Positions 14,221 to 27,444 of a stretch of DNA of 64,000 nt are shown in pieces. The notes beneath the pieces were generated by a model that saw nothing but the letters and a program-made list of their open reading frames with translations, was not told the origin of the DNA and did no database searches. The translations under genes were made by a program, and so were the position numbers. How positions within the stretch are numbered: position 1 is the stretch's first letter; every line of letters begins with the position of its first letter. Origin of the DNA: Eledone cirrhosa (Eukaryota); NCBI GenBank assembly GCA_964016885.1, contig OZ024741.1, positions 212,970,001 through 213,034,000 on the forward strand, read 5' to 3'.

Positions 14221-14579
14221 ATTAAATCATATATATATATATATGATTTAATTAAAATTACCAGAGGGATCGGTCGCCCCGGTTCATATATGTTGAAGAC
14301 TGACCCCTCTGGTAAATTGATATCGTAACCTACTTACCATCTCTAGAATGTCAGCTACCTTACCACTTTCCGCTTCCTAAATGCTAACTAGATTAGCAAT
14401 CATAATCATATGATTAATGGACAGGAATGCAAAAACAAACTTAACCCATCTAACATATCAAAATCAAAAAACAAAATAAAACACAAATTTCACCCTGTCT
14501 TCGAAATACGTATAACTGAATTATATAATAAACAGAAGATGTACACACGAAACCGTCTCTCTTCTATATAATATTATAC

Positions 14580-14762
14580 CGGTGAATTGGCAGTATCGGT
14601 AGAGGGTTGGACGCCATGTTTTCTAGCATAGCTACGTCCCTTTACAGTCTGAGTTCAAATCCCGCCGAGGTTAACTTTGCCTTTCATCCTTACGGTGTCG
14701 ATAAAATAAAGTACCAGTAATGTACTGGGTAATTACTGGCCTTGTGCCTAAAGTAGAAACAG
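14580..14762 (+). mobile_element. SINE, Deu/Nin-like core family
   Basis: Full-length match to 43021-43208. Confidence 0.9.
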
Positions 14763-14921
14763 TTATACTGTATATATATATATAGTTTTTCAGTCGTCTA
14801 CCCTTGGATGTAGGGTCCGTACCGTAGATAGAACTCAATGTAATCCGATAGCGAGTAATCCAGTGAAATCCATAGAAAAGTTCCGTGTCCCGCGGAGTTA
14901 ATTCCTTAGATACAGAGTCAG

Positions 14922-15564
14922 ATATAAGGTATTAAATTAACAATGAAAATAAAAACAGGAAAGTCAAGTTATTTTACCTATTCATATCATTATTTTACGA
15001 TCATTTCAGAGGGTCGATCATATTGACATATTGACTGATCTATAGCAGTTATATAATTGTATACTATCAGACACCATATATCGGTTCAATCAGGCCGTCC
15101 TCTTCGGAAACAATATTGTTTCCGAAGAAGACGGTCTTGTGTCCGAAGATAACTGCTATAGATCAGATAATATGTTAATATGATCGACTCTCTTAGTGGA
15201 GGCACGTGGCCTAGTCGTAAGAGTGTTGGACTTACGATCATAATGTCGTGGCTTCGATTCCTGGGTTGCGTGTTGTATTCTTGGGCAAAACACTTCATTT
15301 CACGTTGCTCCAGTATACTCTGCTGAAAATGAGTACCAGCAATAGCTGGAGGTTTAACCCTGCGATCGACTGGGGTTCTGTCCAAGCGGGAGTCTTGTTC
15401 TCTCAGTCGCTTCACGCCATGAAACCGGGATAAGCAGCGGCTAAATGAGCCTTCTGGCTTAAGACAGACTTTAGACTTTTAGATCGACCCTCCGGAACGA
15501 TCGTAAAACAATGATATGAATACGTAAAAATAACTTGCATTGTTGTTTTTATTTTCATTAATTT

Positions 15565-15576
<12 letters not shown>
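14922..15576. mobile_element. fold-back element interrupted by a SINE
   Basis: 14922-15050 is the reverse complement of 15149-15192 plus 15482-15576. The central palindrome is tcttcggaaacaatattgtttccgaaga. Confidence 0.8.
15197..15480 (+). mobile_element. full-length tRNA/CORE-like SINE with target-site duplication
   Basis: tRNA head, core ttcttgggcaaaacacttcatttcac and an (agacttt) tail. Flanked by gatcgactctc (15182) and gatcgaccctc (15482). Confidence 0.85.
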
Positions 15577-15626
<50 letters not shown>

Positions 15627-16420
15627 GGCGGCTTTGTAGCTATTGTTTTTGTTGTAACTTGTGGTCAAAGATGTAAATATTTGCTACAACCTAAAAAAAA
15701 TTACCTCCAATATTTTATGTGAGATCTTTTTTTAAAATGTGAGGAATATTTCGATCTCTGGAGTGAGGATGGGGGAAGTGTGAATGTATATTTGCTAAAC
15801 TCTTTCCACGTCCATAAGCTCTAAGAATCCATGATTCGATCAAAACATTCATACTTGAGATAGATTCCATGTAAGCGAAACTTTCAATAGCGGTCCACTT
15901 GCGTATAAGAGTCAGCACCAACATCATGTATTCACATGTATAATCCACATTCACACCACATGATGGTAGAGATTCTAACACATATTTCTAATCGTTTTGA
16001 TCAATACAATAGCATGTCGTCTGGTTCTACCTCATCTTCGGAAATATCGAATTGTTCGCTCAAAGACCATAGAAGATAACATTTGGAACACATCACAGTT
16101 CAAATTATCAAATCTTTCCACGAACGATATTGGACAGATGTAGCTACATGTCTATTTTAAATAATAAGAGACTTTAATCTTTTCCGTTAATCAGATATAC
16201 GCCATCTACTTGAAGTTTTAGTCGCATTCTCCGACATTTTGAATCTGTTTGGCTTCAAAGTATTCTGTATGTAAATAGGGAGGAAATATCTATTTGTGCA
16301 GAAGAGATTAAATTTCCAATGATTGCATTGGTGGTTCCAGTTCCATGTGTCCATCAGGAATTTTGTTGATATTATTTAAATTATTTTTTCAGCCAGACAA
16401 TATATGAATCCATTTAGACG

Positions 16421-16478
<58 letters not shown>

Positions 16479-16571
16479 CATTCATACATATATACATATA
16501 TACATATATATATATATATATGTATATTTATATATGTATATTTATATATATTTATATATTTATATATACAG

Positions 16572-16657
<86 letters not shown>

Positions 16658-16864
16658 CATATGTATGTATATATGCATATGTTTGTATGCATATGTCTAT
16701 ATAGATGTATGCATATGTGTATAGATCTATGTATCTATGTGTATATGTGCATGTATATGTTGTGTATGTGTGTATATATATATATATACATATATAAGTG
16801 TGTTCATGTGTGTTCACTATAACAGTCGTTTATGTAAACGATCGCAATACTGAGTATTTATGTG

Positions 16865-16896
<32 letters not shown>

Positions 16897-17178
16897 TAAA
16901 TATAAATATATGTATATATGTGTGTGTGTATGAATGTCTGTGTGGATTGTTATATTGTGCAGTACAGTGTGACGTAGAATATAGTAAAGCAAGTTTCAAA
17001 AGCAGTTATCATGTTGATATGAGCTAAAAACTACAAACAATAGTCCCCATTACAGTGAACAACAATATATATTTACTTGTGTAAGTTGGATGGGAAATAT
17101 ATAGTTCGTGTGCAGCTAGTTATATTTTTATAGTCACTATCCACTGTCACACGAAAGGCGTGTATGTGTGTATATGTA

Positions 17179-17236
<58 letters not shown>

Positions 17237-17284
17237 AATATATTTATATATTTATATATATATACTTATATATTTATCTATATA

Positions 17285-17320
<36 letters not shown>

Positions 17321-17468
17321 GATTTAGAGTTTATGTTGGTTGTATACCAACACCTCAGTATGCAGGCTGGAGCACTCGACGAAGTGCGCAGGTTGGTTTG
17401 GTTACTCCGGAGTAGTGTAAAATAAAGTTAAATAAAAGTCAAATGATTAAAATTTAGCTTCGTTTATT

Positions 17469-17523
17469 ACTGCTATATATATTTCAGTGACAGCCATCTT
17501 TGGCTGTGACCTCTTCAGGCAGT
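17469..17523 (-). ncRNA. type I hammerhead ribozyme
   Basis: actgc-CTGAAGA-g-gtcacagcca-aaga-tggctgtcac-t-GAAA-tatata-TA-gcagt. Confidence 0.8.
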
Positions 17524-18569
17524 TTGAATTAGTATGGTATAGACAAGTACATATGTTGTTTAGGTGTATGATATTGTCAATACTCTGATATGCCCAGTTC
17601 CTTGCTGGGTTGTTAATTCACTGGGGAACTGGTGTCATATGAATTCAAACAAACGAATTTTCGTGTCACAGGTCCCCTTCTCCTCTCATTGGTCAGTTAT
17701 TAGTGTTGTCATTGTTGGAGTTAGCTTAAAAATTGATAAAATGGTAGAAGGGACAAGGTGTTGAAGGAACAAAATATCAAAAAATGTGTCAAACTTCCCA
17801 TTGTTCAGTTCTGAGAGCATTCCTCAGTCAGAAGTCTATAGAATTCTTTCTGGGGTGAGGCTCCCTGTAGTGTTTATGCCTGCTATTGTTCAGTACATTT
17901 GACCTCCACCATTATTTTGGTACTGTTGTTGTTGTAGTGGTCAGCTTATACCTTGCTGCTGCTAACAATTTAGAAGTATTCAGTTTGTGTTTTCTCTTCA
18001 TCCCACCCGCCACCATCGTAGTGGTGGTGGTGGTGGGGGGGGGGGTTCTTTCATGTATATGAAGAAATATAAGGCAATAAATGAAGAAAACAGAAGATAA
18101 ATAAATAATATAATAAAATAAAATAATTAATATAATTTGTGTAATTTGAAAATAAATAAATAAATAGAGAATAAAGAATAAAGAGTAAATGAGAGATTGG
18201 TGAAAAAGTAATGATAATGTATATGGAGAAGTGAGAAATAATGTAGGATAAAGTGTGTGTGTGTGTGTGTGCTATAACCAATCTCAAGGTCAGAATATGT
18301 TGGATAGATTGGTATGATACAAGATGTTAAGATGAGATATTCAATGTGTTTGTGTTATAATCTATCTCAACTTAAAATAAATATAAGGTTATACAGTGAA
18401 GAGGGCAGAAAACAAATAACAAATTAATAAAGAGAAATCAAGATTTAAGATTGGAACTTTAAAGTCAGAAATCTGGTAAATTAAAAGTGTTTGTGTTATA
18501 GATGTTGGCCAGATTATTATGGCTGTGTCCGATTCTATCTCTAGGCTATCATGGTGTCTGCTCCGCCTG

Positions 18570-18740
18570 GGTTGTTCCCTATGGCTTGAGGGGAGTTCAC
18601 AACCTAGGGTGTTGTAATTGTCCCTATAGCTTGAGGGAGGTCTGGCCGAGAGGTGTTTTCATGTTCTGTAGAAGTCCCTATAGCTTGAGGGGAGTTCACA
18701 TCTTCTTGTGTTGCTACTGTCCATATATTTTGAGAAAGGT
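18570..18740. repeat. short imperfect tandem repeats in the PLE 3' region
   Basis: tccctatagcttgagggga recurs at about 18577, 18621 and 18676. Confidence 0.7.
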
Positions 18741-19280
18741 CCCGGCTCTAAGGTGTCTGCATGTCCCGAAGAAGTCGGTTCTGAGGTTTATCAGGCCGCT
18801 TCCACCTCTTAGTATCTCGAGGGTCTCGTTCAGGCATAGTTTGCATATGCAAGATCCCCCTTTATCGGGTGGTACTTTCCTGATTATGTACCAGGCCAGA
18901 GAGTATGGGGTCCTGTCCAGCTTAAGCTCCCAGATCAGGTCGGAGAGAGCTGTGCTTTTCCTTTTGGCCTCCTTCTTGAATGAATGGCGATGGTTGTACC
19001 AGCGGTCCTTAAAGCTCGTTGATGTGGCTCCTATGTAGAGGTGTTCGGAGTTGGGGGTTTTAACCCTACAACCGTACACTATGTTCTTCTTGAGACATTC
19101 ATTACCAAGGGGGCATGATTCGGGGTTTCTACAGTTGCAGAGGGTGGGCGGCCTCTGCGTGCTTAGATTAGGGTTCTCATTATGTGTTACATGTTGGTCT
19201 TCCCCCATGCTCGGTGGGGGGTCCTTGGGTCTGTTTGTGTTTCTTGGGTGGGCTCTGGGTCCCCCCTTCCCTCCTTTCAC
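18714..19280 (-). pseudogene. Penelope-like (Naiad-type) GIY-YIG endonuclease fragment
   Basis: CNCRNPESCPLGNEC, IVY...YIGAT..FKDRWYNH, STALSDLIW, CKLCLNE, CRH. Confidence 0.85.
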
Positions 19281-19326
19281 ATGGTTCTGCTGAGTGTTTG
19301 TATTGCCATCTTCTGGTTGTGTGTGG

Positions 19327-19376
<50 letters not shown>

Positions 19377-19875
19377 ACAAATAACGAAACGAAATTAAAT
19401 TTCGTTTCGTTTGTAACTCACTTTTGTATGACTGACGCTTAAACAATTAAGTTAAAAATGTACATCTACATATGCATACTGAAATACTAGTGTGTATATG
19501 AATACACACACGTATACATATGTAGGTGTAACAAGTCTTTCACTGGTTGCTTTACTGTGAGCAACCCAGCTATTCTGTATGTAAACACACAGACAAACCG
19601 GTTTTTAGAGTCATACTGGTTTTCGGGAGAACACCTTCCCTCTATTCTCCAGAAAGCCAGACAAGGAATATTGAACTAGTTTCGTTGTTGTTACAACTCA
19701 TCAGCAATATTTACCTATCTACCGGCCCTTCTGGAGAATTGTAAAAGCACATATCGTTATATGCTTTTTCTATGAAAATTAGTAGTGGGCAGACTAATTT
19801 GCATAGAGTGTGAGTACGCACCGGTTCAGCGGAGACGATAAAAACAAATAACGAAACGAGATGTACATTTTTAAC

Positions 19876-19917
<42 letters not shown>

Positions 19918-19920
<3 letters not shown>

Positions 19921-20232
19921 CAAGGTTTAGCAAATAAGAAAAAATTTCAAAATAAATTTCAAAACATTCACTGTACTTACTATGCTTACCTTTACCGAAA
20001 CGGTTTCGAGTCTCAAAAATAAATGGATAGTCCTTGCGGGCCTCCATTGAAAAGATAAACACTCGTCAGAAGGTTCTTTTCACTCGGAGAATATAAAATT
20101 CCCGAGTTCAAATTACGAACTGGTGGTATTCAAAATTGTTCCCGAGATGAGATATTTAAAATCAAGGTCTAGCAAATAGAGAAAATGTTTTAAAATAAAT
20201 TTTAAAAAATTCGCAGTACTTACTACATGTGC

Positions 20233-20237
<5 letters not shown>
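19918..20237 (-). mobile_element. non-coding hammerhead-bearing unit with ~77-bp terminal direct repeats (period 242)
   Basis: Repeats at 19918-19994 and 20160-20237; (TA)n on both sides. Confidence 0.75.
19988..20074 (-). ncRNA. type I hammerhead ribozyme
   Basis: acctt-CTGACGA-(extended stem II)-GAAA-ccgtttcgg-TA-aaggt. Confidence 0.78.
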
Positions 20238-20312
<75 letters not shown>

Positions 20313-20314
<2 letters not shown>

Positions 20315-20735
20315 GGCCGAGCATACCGAAAACGATAAATGGAAAAGAATGAAACGAAATTTCATTTCTCACTCTTAGTACGGCTGATACTTAAATGTAA
20401 GTATGTATGTAAATATATATATATATATATATGCACATACAAATATGTATATTTATATTTATATATATATATATAAATATATTCATATATATATATTTGT
20501 ATGTGTATATATATATATATGTATATATATTTAAATAAGTATATATATATATATATTTATATATATATTTGTATGTGTGTATATATATATATATACACAT
20601 ACAAATATATATATGAATATATATATATACTTATTTAAATATATATACATATATATATACATATATATACACATACAAATATATATATATTAATATATTT
20701 ATATATATATATAAATATAAATATACATATTTGTA

Positions 20736-20770
<35 letters not shown>

Positions 20771-20866
20771 ATACATACTTACATTTAAGTATCAGCCGTA
20801 CTAAGAGTGAGAAATGAAATTTCGTTTCATTCTTTTCCATTTATCGTTTTCGGTATGCTCGGCCGA
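20313..20866. repeat. near-perfect 554-bp palindrome centred on an (AT)n tract
   Basis: tcggccgagcataccgaaaacg... is mirrored at 20780-20866. A partial third arm lies at 21229-21285. Confidence 0.9.
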
Positions 20867-21453
20867 CTACCTCACTCGATATGCAAATTAGGCTGCTCAG
20901 CCGTTAATATGCATCGGGAAAGTATATACTTTCAAACGTCCAATCATCTGAGAGGAAGGTATACTATGCTGACGATAGCTAATAAGCTTGAAACTAGTAC
21001 ATCGTTCCTGTGTCAGTGTTGCACAAAAAGCAATGATGGTTGCCGAATACTGTACGGCGTAATTCGGGCTGTTTGTTTACAAACAAAACGACCATTATAA
21101 TAAATGTTCGGTAAACCCATACGTACATATATACATATGTGTGCATGTACGTATATATATATATATATATACATACTACTGTACGTCTGTATACATATAT
21201 GTATGTACGTATAAATACTTATATTAAGGTATCAGCCGTACTAAGAGTGTGAAATGAAATTTCGTTACATTCTTTTCCATTTATATATAATAATAATGAT
21301 AATATATATATAGACATATAGATATAATAATGAAATACACACACATAATCATCTGTATATGTGTGTGTGTGGTGTCCGCCTTAACAAGTATTGCTCGTTA
21401 ACCGAGAGAGTTAAAATAACTAAAATAATTAAATCAACTCCATAATCAGAGCT

Positions 21454-21982
21454 ATATATCAAATTACAAAATATTATGAAATAATAGACAAAAATAGACC
21501 TATTTTTTCTTCAAAATCCCGACTGCTGTTTCGCCGATCCGTGTGTACCGATTTCTGCGCTTTAAAAGTACATTATCGCTGTGACGTTGATACGGCTCAT
21601 CAAGAGACCCCTCACAAAAATGGACTGTTTCCTGACGCGTTTATAGCAAGTGAGAAAGTCTCAGATGTGGAGGGAGAGATTAACAAGTGCTCCCGAGAAA
21701 TTCTCACTTGCTACAAAAGAAACAATCCTTTTTTTTACCACTATATCACGTTCTAATCTCTCCCTCCACCTCTGAGACTTTCTCACTTGCTATAAACGCG
21801 TCAGGAAACAGTCTATTTTTCTGAGGGGTCACTTGATGAGCCGTATCAACCTCACAGCGATGATGCACTTTTAAAGCGCCGAAATCGGGGCACACGGATC
21901 GGCAAAATTGCAGTCGGGACTTTGAAGAAAAAATAGGTATATTTTTGTCTATTATGTCCTCATATTTTGTAATCTGATATAT
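21454..21982. mobile_element. fold-back/MITE-like element, ~230-bp arms, ~60-bp spacer
   Basis: 21454-21686 is a diverged reverse complement of 21747-21982. Confidence 0.8.
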
Positions 21983-21983
21983 T

Positions 21984-22153
21984 CTAAGGCGGATAAAATT
22001 CCCGAGATCCATGGACGAGTTCTCTCCAGCGGTCTCTCTCCCTCATTATCGCTGCCATGTCCTGCGTCTCCAACAGACCAGTGTCTGTCCTTAGGGCATC
22101 AACATACGTTAACCTTGGTCTTCCTCTTCTAGTGTGTCCATGTAGGGGCTCCC
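21984..22153 (-). mobile_element. RTE LINE 3' fragment
   Basis: WEPLHGHTRRGRPRLTYVDAL...REFYPP, nearly identical to 54208-54378. Confidence 0.88.
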
Positions 22154-22684
22154 AACATATATATAAGTATATATATAATTCAAGGCACACTCCAAACACA
22201 GTGATTTAAAATCACAAAGTCATATTAGTTTCACAAATATATAGAAATGACTTCTACGGAACTTGAACTTTTTCATTCGTATGAAATGACCAGTAAAGTC
22301 AAATAATATCGGTCGGTGTCGTTGTATATAATTTGTTTTGAATGGATATTGAGAAGAGTAATATAGGGTGAAAACATATGAGATGAGTAGGATGGGGTGG
22401 GGGAATGAAGAAGAGAACGAAGGATGAAGATAAGGAAAGTAAAATTTGGATAGTAATGGAGAGCAAGGGGGTGAATAGGAAGGGAAAGGGATTGGACAAA
22501 GGAGAGTACTAGATGTTTTTTAAACATGTTATTTTGTATTTTCTCATGGAAATATACAAGTTTTTCATCATACATGACAAGCATTGGTTTTTTCGAAACT
22601 TGTTTACCAAAGCAAATATGTTTATATAATTATTTTATCCAGTCTATCAATTATACATTCATATACCCTCACACACATACTCTC

Positions 22685-22926
<242 letters not shown>

Positions 22927-22985
22927 CGGAAAACAACAAACAGAGAAACGCAGGAGTAATTATTAAAAATATTATTAGTTTCACG

Positions 22986-23033
<48 letters not shown>

Positions 23034-23038
<5 letters not shown>

Positions 23039-23424
23039 ATTAGGATTGGTGCTCTGAAATAGCGATGTATACATGAATATATCTATATTATATTTGGCAA
23101 TATACTCTATGCTTAATTAAAAACATTTTGAAGACCTTGCGCTATTATTTTAAAGTAGTGACTATGTCACTTCTTTTTTTCAACAAACAATGGGAGATAA
23201 GCTGACAGATCTGTTTCACACTGTTGGTGATCATCAGAGCTTAGCACTCGCCGATGTTTGATGACAATTATAGATGCTGGATTCTTATAGAATTCCTTTA
23301 ATAATCAGGAATTGATTATACAGAGCGATTGCCGGTCCAGCAAACATTGAAAATTAGGATTGGTGCTCTGAAATAGCGATGTATACATGAATATATGTAT
23401 AGTATATTTGGCAATATACTGTAT
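23034..23424 (-). mobile_element. non-coding hammerhead-bearing unit with ~77-bp terminal direct repeats (period 314)
   Basis: tgaaaattaggattggtgctctgaaatagcgatgtatacatgaatatat at 23034 and 23348; abuts (TA)n. Confidence 0.78.
23199..23242 (-). ncRNA. type I hammerhead ribozyme (canonical GUC site)
   Basis: aagct-CTGATGA-t-cac-caaca-gtg-t-GAAA-cagatctg-TC-agctt. Confidence 0.88.
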
Positions 23425-23794
23425 TTCAATTTTTCGCCCGGTCCAGAAATCTAACTCACAACCTCATGATTGCGAATCCAATTCTCTAACAACTCAGCTT
23501 CCTGTCATTTTACTCTATAATATTAAACTCCGTTCCCGCACCAACAAGATGATTCAATATCAAAGATGGATGAGTTGCGTAGCGTCGAGTGCTTTTCTTA
23601 CGATTATATCATGGTTAACTATGCGGGATGAACTACCTAGTGGTGTACCGACAAATGTATATATATATATATATATATTCATATATACACACACATCCTC
23701 ACATTTACATACTCACATATATAGAAATACACATATTGGGCACTCTTTTTACCTGTAGCCAACTCTCGACACCCATCGTGAATTTTTCCATAAT

Positions 23795-23827
<33 letters not shown>

Positions 23828-23923
23828 GTGTGTGTATGTGTGTGTGTGTGTGTGTGTGTCGAAAAGGTAAACTGAGACAGCAAAGAAATATATTAGTTTA
23901 ACGCTTAATATAGTAGGAAAAGA

Positions 23924-23961
23924 ATCTTAACGTTTCGGACACTAGTCTTTCATCAGAAGAT
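23924..23961 (-). ncRNA. minimal type I hammerhead, same family as 13149-13184
   Basis: atctt-CTGATGA-aagactagtgtcc-GAAA-cg-TT-aagat. Confidence 0.78.
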
Positions 23962-24126
23962 AGGATGATAAATTAAAAAAATTGAAATAGAAATATAGAG
24001 AGAAGACGGAACGAAAACCAATTTTTTCCAGGAAAACCACGTGTGTATTCAGTCAGCCAGCCCTTTTGGAGAAAAAATATTAATATATGTAAATATATAT
24101 ATATGTGAGTGTGTCCGTGTGTGTGA

Positions 24127-24219
<93 letters not shown>

Positions 24220-24483
24220 TGTGTGAATATTTTAACTTAATTCAGTCATATTGTTACTAATACTCATGTGTTTTGTATCATTCTAAGAAATCAATAATTC
24301 TTATAGTAATATATATGATGTTTGTTACAATATTGATCCATGAATATTTGAGACTGATGACATGTATACAACTACTTCTCTTCCGTTTGTGTCCTTGACA
24401 AATCAATCGTCTCTCAAGACGTCTTCGATACATACAATCAGCGGTTAGCCCAACACTAATTTTCAGTTTCTATCAGGTTTCAA

Positions 24484-24742
24484 AGCGGTGAATATGCAGA
24501 GTCGTTAGAACATTGGATAGAATGATTTTTGGTATTTGTTCCATCTCTCTGTTCTCTGAGTTCAAATCCCGTCGAGGTCAACTTTGCTTTTCATCCTTTT
24601 GAGATCGATAACAAAAAAATAAACTGCTTATCTAGTATTGGTGTCGTTTCTTCCTCTATATCTTTTTCTCACTTCCACTCTCTCATGTTCTATCTTTCTC
24701 GGAAGGAAATCTGTTGTATTCAGACATGGAGAATATATGGGC
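24484..24742 (+). mobile_element. SINE with 3' extension, paralogue of 2203-2452
   Basis: B box, core and the shared downstream tract. Confidence 0.75.
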
Positions 24743-25614
24743 GTGGAGTAAAAGTGCCCGAGAAACGCCGTATGTCAATGAGATGCCCGTACGACTCCAT
24801 CGGGTGTTATGCGACCAAACATACATAATGTTTCAACCGTGGGGCCTACATTTTGAGGAGGACCATTGTCTTTCGATATCAGTTCTCAGTCTCTGCTTCG
24901 AAGTTTAGCGCCTTTGACTGGCAAACAAAGCGTCGAATTGGAAAAGTCCGTCGAAGATCGAAATTTCTTAGAATAGTTTGTGGTATTTTTCTAGTTAACT
25001 CTGAGTTCAAATCCTGCTGAGTTCAAGATTGACTTTTTTCCTTCAAACTCAATGAACATAATCCCAATTTTGTATAGGGGATGTTTCTTCCGCTCTCTCT
25101 TCCTTTGAATGAAAGCAGCTGTGGTCAAAGGAGAGAAGGATGAGCTACACCAGGTTTTATTGTCCAGTATTTCATGTGTGCGCTCCTACGTCCCAGTATA
25201 TAGATGGTGTGTCTGACCAACAGTTTAATGCCGATCCTTCATTGTGACAACACATATATAGACCAACACAAACGCACATACGTACATAAGTATATACCTA
25301 CAAACACACATGCATACCTACATGCATACATATATGAATACACACATATATACATACATATGTTAAATGAATTTTTTATATTAATCACGAACACACAAAA
25401 AACACACTCAAACACAAAGGCGTCAAAATGAGCAAAATCATATATATACTCTCACAAACGCACATTTGTGTATACATAAAAAAAATCCCATACATACACG
25501 GTAACATGTTTTTTTAAAATAAAGCTGTGGCAAGCCGTGTTTATTAGGGTGTGTTCAAAGTGTTGTTACAGTCGTCCCCTTCAATCTGGAATAACAAAAG
25601 TTGGCAGACCAGCT

Positions 25615-26175
25615 TAATCGATTCCAGGGCGTTACTGGCACTTTATTTTCTCGACCCCAATAAGGAAGAAATGCAAAGCTAACCTCGGTGTAATCTGAAC
25701 GTGAAAAGCCATACCTCTTAGCCGCAAAATATTTTCCGGCGCTCTACTGATACTGTCAATCTACCGTCCTTAATTATAATGATTTCTACTATAAATTCAA
25801 GACCAGAAATTTTGGGGGAGGGGAAAGTGCCTTACTGGTACTCAATTTTTTTAACATCGTAAGGATGAACGGCAAAGCTTAACCCCGTTGAGATTTAAAC
25901 TCAGAACGTAAAGCGCATTAACTCGATGCCGCAAGGCTCTACTGACACTGCCAATCCACTGCCTTATAATTTGTAGTATAGGCCAGTAATTTGGGGGATG
26001 GGAAAGTCAATTAAATCTACCCCAGTGCGTGACTGGTACTTTGTTTTATCGACCCCGTAAGGATGAAAGGCAAAGTTAACCTCGGCGGGATTTGAACTCA
26101 GATCGTAAAGGACCGTAAAATTATGTTGCAAAGCATGGCGTCCGACCCTCAACCGATACTGCCGATCCACCGCCT
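25615..26175 (-). mobile_element. three tandem SINE copies of increasing intactness
   Basis: The core recurs at about 25660, 25860 and 26055. Confidence 0.8.
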
Positions 26176-26479
26176 TAATTATAATAGCGATAATAGTGAT
26201 AAAAACAACAATAAAAAAAATAATAAAACGTGGAACGACATCTTGTGCGGATTAATACAAATCAATGAGGTCATTGATGACCGAATAACAACAAGTTTAC
26301 GAAACTATTCCAAATATTTCACATAATTTGCTCTTATCTCAATGAAAGAAAAATGCGTCGTTTCATTTTTCTCCCAATAACTTTTTGAAAAATTAAACAG
26401 GAAAAATATTCATTAGAGACTATTTCATTTTGTTTTCTTATTTATTTATAGGTTTATTTCTTGGTTTCTTTTTTCTCTG

Positions 26480-26830
26480 CATTTGTTTCGTTGCTGTTGT
26501 TGTTGTTGTTATTGTTGTTATTCTATAATTTGTTGTTGTTATTGCTGTTCTTGTTCTTTTCCTATCGTTTGTTGTTGTTACTGTCGTTACTCTTATTGTT
26601 GTTCTACCGTTTGCTGTTATTGTTGTTGTTTATTGTTGTTGTCTTATTGTTGTTCTTGTTCTTATTGTTCTTGTCCTCCCGTTTGTTGTTTTTGCTGTTG
26701 TTACTTTTGTTGTTGTTGCTGTTTTTCTCTCGTTTGTTGTTTTTGCTGTTCTTGTTGTTTTCTCGTGTGTTGTTTTTACTGTTGTTGTTGTTCTATCGTT
26801 CGTTGTTTTTGTTATTGTTGTTATTTCTCA
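26480..26830. repeat. degenerate (TTG)n low-complexity tract
   Basis: ttgttgttg runs with recurring tcgttt. Confidence 0.85.
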
Positions 26831-27144
26831 AGTAGGGTTTAAATGACAAATATGAAATGTCAAGCAACTGCCGCTTCAAGGTAGAGATCAAAGGAAACTA
26901 TGTTTTTTTCTCATTTGTATATTTTTATATATTTGTTGTTATCATTATTAGGTTGTTGTTTTTTTTGCTCCAGAGCAGGCGAGACATTCCAAGCAATAAA
27001 TTAACGATGAAAGAAACCCACATATATAAGAGTATCATCAAATAATTACATGTGACACGTCAGAAAGCGACAGAGGCCAGAAGAGAAAATAGAGAAATAA
27101 AGGAATAAATGAACAGAAAAAAAAAACAGGATGGTGATAACAGT

Positions 27145-27185
<41 letters not shown>

Positions 27186-27444
27186 TTTCTTTATTAACCA
27201 CAAGGGTTTACATAAAGTAGATATTAAGGACAGTGCAGGACAATGCAGGACGGTACAAATGGGCATTTCTGCGTGTAAAAAACAAAAACAGAGGATGTAA
27301 CAAAAATAACAATGAAAATAACAATGAAAAATTCCCCAATAGGGGGGAGACTTCGGAGGGACATTTGTGGAGAAAGCCCAGTAAAAAGCCACAATGACCC
27401 TGACCACCAAGGCAAGTGCCCTCTCCCAGTTTTCCACCTTTAAT

